Below, piece by piece: positions 59,925 to 64,000 of a stretch of 64,000 nt of DNA. Under the pieces are notes generated by a model. That model was not told where the DNA came from. It was given only the letters and a program-made list of their open reading frames with translations, and did no database searches. Origin of the DNA: Longimicrobiales bacterium (GTDB taxonomy: Bacteria > Gemmatimonadota > Gemmatimonadetes > Longimicrobiales > Gaopeijiaceae); contig CBDDCX010000008.1 of the NCBI GenBank assembly GCA_965226375.1, positions 1,280,001-1,344,000 on the forward strand, written 5' to 3'. A program made the translations under genes and the position numbers. The first letter of the stretch is position 1. Each line of letters begins with the position of its first letter.

Positions 59925-60078
59925 CGAAGCCCGCGACGGTGAGGAGCACCGTGATTACCGCCCACCAGAATCCGATATCCGAATGACCATCCGCCCACCC
60001 GGCGGCCGAGTCCTGGAAGGTGAAGCCCGCCATCAAGAGGATTCCGACGCCGGCGAGCATGCCTAGAACGCGAGTCAT
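59878..60078 (-). CDS. Small two-TM membrane protein
   Basis: Two hydrophobic helices; fits the operon spacing. Confidence 0.7.
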   Translation of the reverse strand: MTRVLGMLAGVGILLMAGFTFQDSAAGWADGHSDIGFWWAVITVLLTVAGFGAIIGTWIHTQPAED

Positions 60079-60174
60079 TGAGTATCCGCCTTTGTGTGGA
60101 TCCAGCCGGGACTCCCCGGACGACAGGCGGAATCTACCGCGGCCGGCGCCTCCCACAAGGTGTGTAACAGCGGG

Positions 60175-62781
60175 CTATTCTTGCCCCGCGCGTCCCTCGT
60201 GAAACAGAGCAAGAACGTGGGCGACCTCGCTCCAGGGCCCCTTGGTCAGGGGAGCCGGCGGAAGCGAGTCTCTGAGGTAGACGCCGTAGCGCTTCCGCAG
60301 AATGCGATCGTCCAGGATCACCACACTGCCGCGATCGTCATGAGAGCGCACGAGCCGTCCGAAGCCCTGCTTCAGCCGGAGGGCCGCCAGAGGTAGTACG
60401 AAGTCCCAGAACGCGTTTCCGCCGCGCTTCTCGATGGCCTCCACCCGAGCCGCGATGACCGGTTCGGTGGGCACCCGGAAGGGGAGACGCTGGATCACGA
60501 GGCCCCTCAACGGGCGACCCGGCACGTCGACCCCCTCCCAAAAGGAGGCCGTTCCAAGAAGGATGCCGGATCCGGAGGCCGTAAAGTCCTGAAGGAGGCG
60601 CGCGCGCCCATCCTCACCTTGAACGAAAAGCGGCCATGGCAGGCCGCCGTCCGCTCGCATCAGCTGCGCCACCCTTCGCAAAGCCCGATACGATGTAAAC
60701 AGGACGAATAGGCCTCCGTCGGAGATACCTGCCATGTCACGCACGACACGTGCAGTGGCCTCGTCGAGCGCATCTCCTGAGGCATTCACATCCGGAAGAT
60801 CCGTCGGAACGCCGAGTATGGTTTGACGTTCGAAGTCAAAGGGCGACAATATTATAGATTCCACCACCTCTTCTATTACATCGGATCGGTCCACCTCCTC
60901 CACTGCCAACCCGACGCGACTCCGTAGGAAGTCGAAAGAGCCTCGCGTGGCCAACGTGGCCGAGGAGAGGATCACCGTGTCGGTCTTCTCGAACAGCCCC
61001 TCCCTGAGCATGCCCCCCAACTCGATGGGAGCAGACGCGATCACCAGATTCCGCCTGCCCTTGCGAGGAGGCCCCTTCCACTCCAGCCACCGGACGAAAC
61101 GCTCCTCTCCCTCTTCGGGATCCAAAACGGTACGCAGAGCAGTCACCGCCCCACCCAGTCGGCGCTCCGCGCTCTGGAGGTCCAAAACCCGCCCTTCGAG
61201 CCCTTCGGACAAGGTTTCGTCACGATCGAGGGTCTCTCTGACGTTGCGCACCTCGGCCTCCAAGGTTCGAAACGCGACAACCAGTCCGTCCAAGCGCTCC
61301 CGAACCGCAGGACGTGCCACCGGCTCCGGGAAGTCCACGGTGCCGATGCGTGCTGCCCCCACGGCGTCGGTCGGCAACAGGGGCTCCATGGTGTCGAGAA
61401 AGAGCGTGAGCTGGGCCCTGGCCTCGTCCACGGCTGGTCGCACACGTTCTTCGATACGACTTCTCAACTCGGTTGCGGCCGTCATGCCACCACCGCCCGA
61501 AAGCGCGTCCTGCACTGCCGCCAGGACACCCCGTCCTCTTCGGTCCAGGCGGGCCAGGATCCGGAACATGCCCAGGCGGGACGCCTCGAGGCCCAGGTGA
61601 GACGTCGCAGCGTCTTCGATGTTGTGCGCCTCGTCGAGAATCAGGTGTCGGTAGGCGGGAAGTACGGCCGACCCCGAATAGTTTTGCGTAGCCAGCCGGA
61701 CCGACAGATCCGTAAAGAGCAGGTGGTGGTTCGCGATCAGAATACGAGCCGCCGCCGCCTTGCGTCGCGAGCGTTGGTAGAAACAGGCCTGGAAGTGCGG
61801 ACAGCGCGTACGAAGGCAGATGTCGGGATCGCTCCTCACCTCATCCCAGATGTCATCGCTGGGCACGAACGTCAGATCGGCGAGAGAGCCGTCTTCTGTG
61901 CCATCGATCCAATCCAGGAGCGCGTCGAGCTCGTCCGCCCGGTCGTCCTCGAACAAGAGGGGGGCCGTCTCCGACGCCAATCGCGCCCGACGGATGGAGA
62001 TATAGTTGCCACGCCCCTTCACGAGGGCCCAGTCGACGTCATCACCAAGAAGCCTCCGCACTAGCGGCAGATCCTTACTGTGGAGTTGCTCCTGCAGGTT
62101 GATGGTATTGGTGGAGATGACCGTCCGCTCACCGTTCTGCAGCGCCCAGGCCGCCGCAGGCATGAGGTACGCAAGCGATTTACCAGTTCCGGTGCCGGCC
62201 TCGACGATGGCCACCCCACCCTCGTTGAAACGTTCTGCGACCAGTCGTAGCATGGTTCGTTGCCCAGGCCGGTTCTCGTAACGCGGATGGTGCTCCACCA
62301 AGGGGCCGTCAGGGCCGATCAACGCATCCAGCCCCTCCACGTCGAGAGGCTCGATGTGACGTGGGGCCGGAGGCTCGACGACCACGTAGAGTCGCCCCCC
62401 GGCGTTGTCCGTGATGGCGGACCCGAGGCCCTCCTCGTACAGCCGCGCGGCCACACCCAAGTCGGCGTCCGAGGGCTCCAGCACGCCCGAGGGGTGATTG
62501 TGAATCACGACGCCCCCCTCCTCCGCTCCGCGAGCCGCAACCAGGACCGCGGCTTTGTTCCCCCGCGCGACGGCCCGAGGCTCGATCAGCTCTCTGGCCT
62601 CGTTGACCTGTGCAAGGAAGCACACTTCACGGCCGCCGGCCTTTTCGATTTCTGCACGGATGGTCTCGGTGGCACTCGCGGAGAGGCGAAGGTCCGACGT
62701 TGATCCGGGCGGCTCAGGAAGGCCGGGACCGTGCGTGATCCCATCGGCGGAAACCGGGGAGAGCTCCTGGTCAGGATTCAC
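60175..62781 (-). CDS. dinG: DinG/YoaA-family helicase with N-terminal JAB/MPN domain
   Basis: EAGTGTGKS, KGRGNY, DEAH, SATL, FWEGVD, QGFGRLVR; N-terminal GREV...HNHPSG..EPSDAD. Confidence 0.92.
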   Translation of the reverse strand: MNPDQELSPVSADGITHGPGLPEPPGSTSDLRLSASATETIRAEIEKAGGREVCFLAQVNEARELIEPRAVARGNKAAVLVAARGAEEGGVVIHNHPSGVLEPSDADLGVAARLYEEGLGSAITDNAGGRLYVVVEPPAPRHIEPLDVEGLDALIGPDGPLVEHHPRYENRPGQRTMLRLVAERFNEGGVAIVEAGTGTGKSLAYLMPAAAWALQNGERTVISTNTINLQEQLHSKDLPLVRRLLGDDVDWALVKGRGNYISIRRARLASETAPLLFEDDRADELDALLDWIDGTEDGSLADLTFVPSDDIWDEVRSDPDICLRTRCPHFQACFYQRSRRKAAAARILIANHHLLFTDLSVRLATQNYSGSAVLPAYRHLILDEAHNIEDAATSHLGLEASRLGMFRILARLDRRGRGVLAAVQDALSGGGGMTAATELRSRIEERVRPAVDEARAQLTLFLDTMEPLLPTDAVGAARIGTVDFPEPVARPAVRERLDGLVVAFRTLEAEVRNVRETLDRDETLSEGLEGRVLDLQSAERRLGGAVTALRTVLDPEEGEERFVRWLEWKGPPRKGRRNLVIASAPIELGGMLREGLFEKTDTVILSSATLATRGSFDFLRSRVGLAVEEVDRSDVIEEVVESIILSPFDFERQTILGVPTDLPDVNASGDALDEATARVVRDMAGISDGGLFVLFTSYRALRRVAQLMRADGGLPWPLFVQGEDGRARLLQDFTASGSGILLGTASFWEGVDVPGRPLRGLVIQRLPFRVPTEPVIAARVEAIEKRGGNAFWDFVLPLAALRLKQGFGRLVRSHDDRGSVVILDDRILRKRYGVYLRDSLPPAPLTKGPWSEVAHVLALFHEGRAGQE

Positions 62782-62792
62782 AGGTGTGCCGC

Positions 62793-64000
62793 TCAGGTCT
62801 TGAGCTTCTTCTTCTTGGCCGCCGGGAAGAGAACGTTGTTCAGGATCAGCCGATACGAAGGCGAGTTGGGATGGAGATCCAGATCGGTGGGAGGATCGCC
62901 GATCTGATGTTCGGGATCCTCCGGGTCATGTCCGCCGAAATACGTCCACGTGCCTTCTCCGAAGTTGCCGTGGATGTACTTGGCGATTTCGCCTTCCTGT
63001 GCCAACACGATGGTCTCCGGCTTGAGACGGTCCATTCTGAACGACGTGGTCAGTCCGTAGAAGTCCGGAATGACGTCCTCGTGACTCTGCGTGAGCATTG
63101 TGGGTACCGGATCGAACTTGGCCGAGAAGTCGAAGAGGGTGAAGGCCCCGAGCTGCAGACGCCAAGGCGTGTTGACCTGATGTCCATCGATGTCGCTGAA
63201 CGCGTTCACGGAAGGTCCGACCTGAACGACCGCGTCGGTAAAGCCCATGGTTCCCGACCAGTCCATCTTTCGCGTGGCGTCGGGATCCGCGGGAGTGCCG
63301 TCGGAGTAGGCAGCGGCGATGTCCACATACTGCGCGCCGAGTGCCAACTCCAGCGTCTCCGTCGCAGAGCACATGGCGAAGAGGAACCCACCATCCTCGA
63401 CGTACTGCCGAATTTCCAGTGCAACACCCTTCTTTAGAGCCGGTACGGTCGCAAAGCCGAGTCGACGTGCCACCTCCTCGTTTCTAGCCACCTCATCCTG
63501 AAGCCAAGGAGATCCGGCGTAGGTGATGAAAAACTTTGAGTACTGGCCAGTGAAGTCCTCGTGGTGGAGGTGCAGCCATTCGTAATCCTCGAGCCTCTCC
63601 TCGATCACATCGTCGTCCCAAATCTTCTCGTACGGGATTTCGGCGTAATCGAGGGCCATGGTCACCGCATCGTCCCAGGGCGTGCTGTTCGGCGGGGTAT
63701 AGATGGCGACCTTGGGCGCCTTTTCCAGCACCACGGCGTCCATGTTCGAATCGATGATCACCGCGCGGATGGCCGCCACGTCCGCTCCCCCGACCGGCTC
63801 GACGGTCACGCCGCGCAGTACCGCCTGCCTCCGAACGGCGCGCGTGTCCGGGAGCAGGAAGGACCCGTCTCGGTAGTTCAAAAACCACTCGGTGCGCCCG
63901 AACTGCTCGAGCGTCCAGTATGTGAGGCCGTACGCCTTGAGATGATTCACCTGGGACCGATCCATCGGGACGAGCAGGAACTGCCCAGCCACGGGGATCG
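62793..64000 (-). CDS. Conserved hypothetical protein (family often labelled 'asparagine synthetase B'), 5'-truncated
   Basis: NHLKAYG, WDDAVT, WLHLHHEDFTGQ, FAMCSAT, GHDPED. No AsnB catalytic motifs seen. Confidence 0.75.
   Translation of the reverse strand, partial: IPVAGQFLLVPMDRSQVNHLKAYGLTYWTLEQFGRTEWFLNYRDGSFLLPDTRAVRRQAVLRGVTVEPVGGADVAAIRAVIIDSNMDAVVLEKAPKVAIYTPPNSTPWDDAVTMALDYAEIPYEKIWDDDVIEERLEDYEWLHLHHEDFTGQYSKFFITYAGSPWLQDEVARNEEVARRLGFATVPALKKGVALEIRQYVEDGGFLFAMCSATETLELALGAQYVDIAAAYSDGTPADPDATRKMDWSGTMGFTDAVVQVGPSVNAFSDIDGHQVNTPWRLQLGAFTLFDFSAKFDPVPTMLTQSHEDVIPDFYGLTTSFRMDRLKPETIVLAQEGEIAKYIHGNFGEGTWTYFGGHDPEDPEHQIGDPPTDLDLHPNSPSYRLILNNVLFPAAKKKKLKT

Noticed and set aside
62793..64000. 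True asparagine synthetase
   Set aside because: No SGGLDS ATP-pyrophosphatase motif is visible; the label is a family name only.

Overview
GC-rich bacterial chromosomal segment, mostly minus-strand housekeeping operons. Gene content and order suggest Gemmatimonadota, but this is inference. In order: partial folK, an M20 peptidase, a MoxR-DUF58-BatA-VWA chaperone cluster, two exported M24 aminopeptidases and other hydrolases, a class III cyclase, tRNA-Ile(CAT), pcm split by an intact IS3-family element, an unknown Rossmann protein with rluB-scpB-scpA-M50 protease, rpsT, pyrR-pyrB-pyrC, an NhaC transporter, tadA, a lexA-like gene, gltX, ispG, an accessory block, tRNA-Ser(TGA), purH-purN, erpA, gmhB, selA, valS, a double HD-GYP protein and a JAB-DinG helicase. 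Most notable: (1) a 191-bp tandem, highly structured repeat array behind tRNA-Ser that regenerates the tRNA 3' end; (2) a LexA that has lost its cleavage site and both catalytic residues but keeps an upstream SOS-box-like site; (3) an IS3 element whose true ends lie 7 bp outside its TG...CA inverted repeats; (4) an in-frame UGA followed by a hairpin in a genome carrying selA; (5) several decayed accessory genes. No CRISPR array, integrase or prophage is visible.
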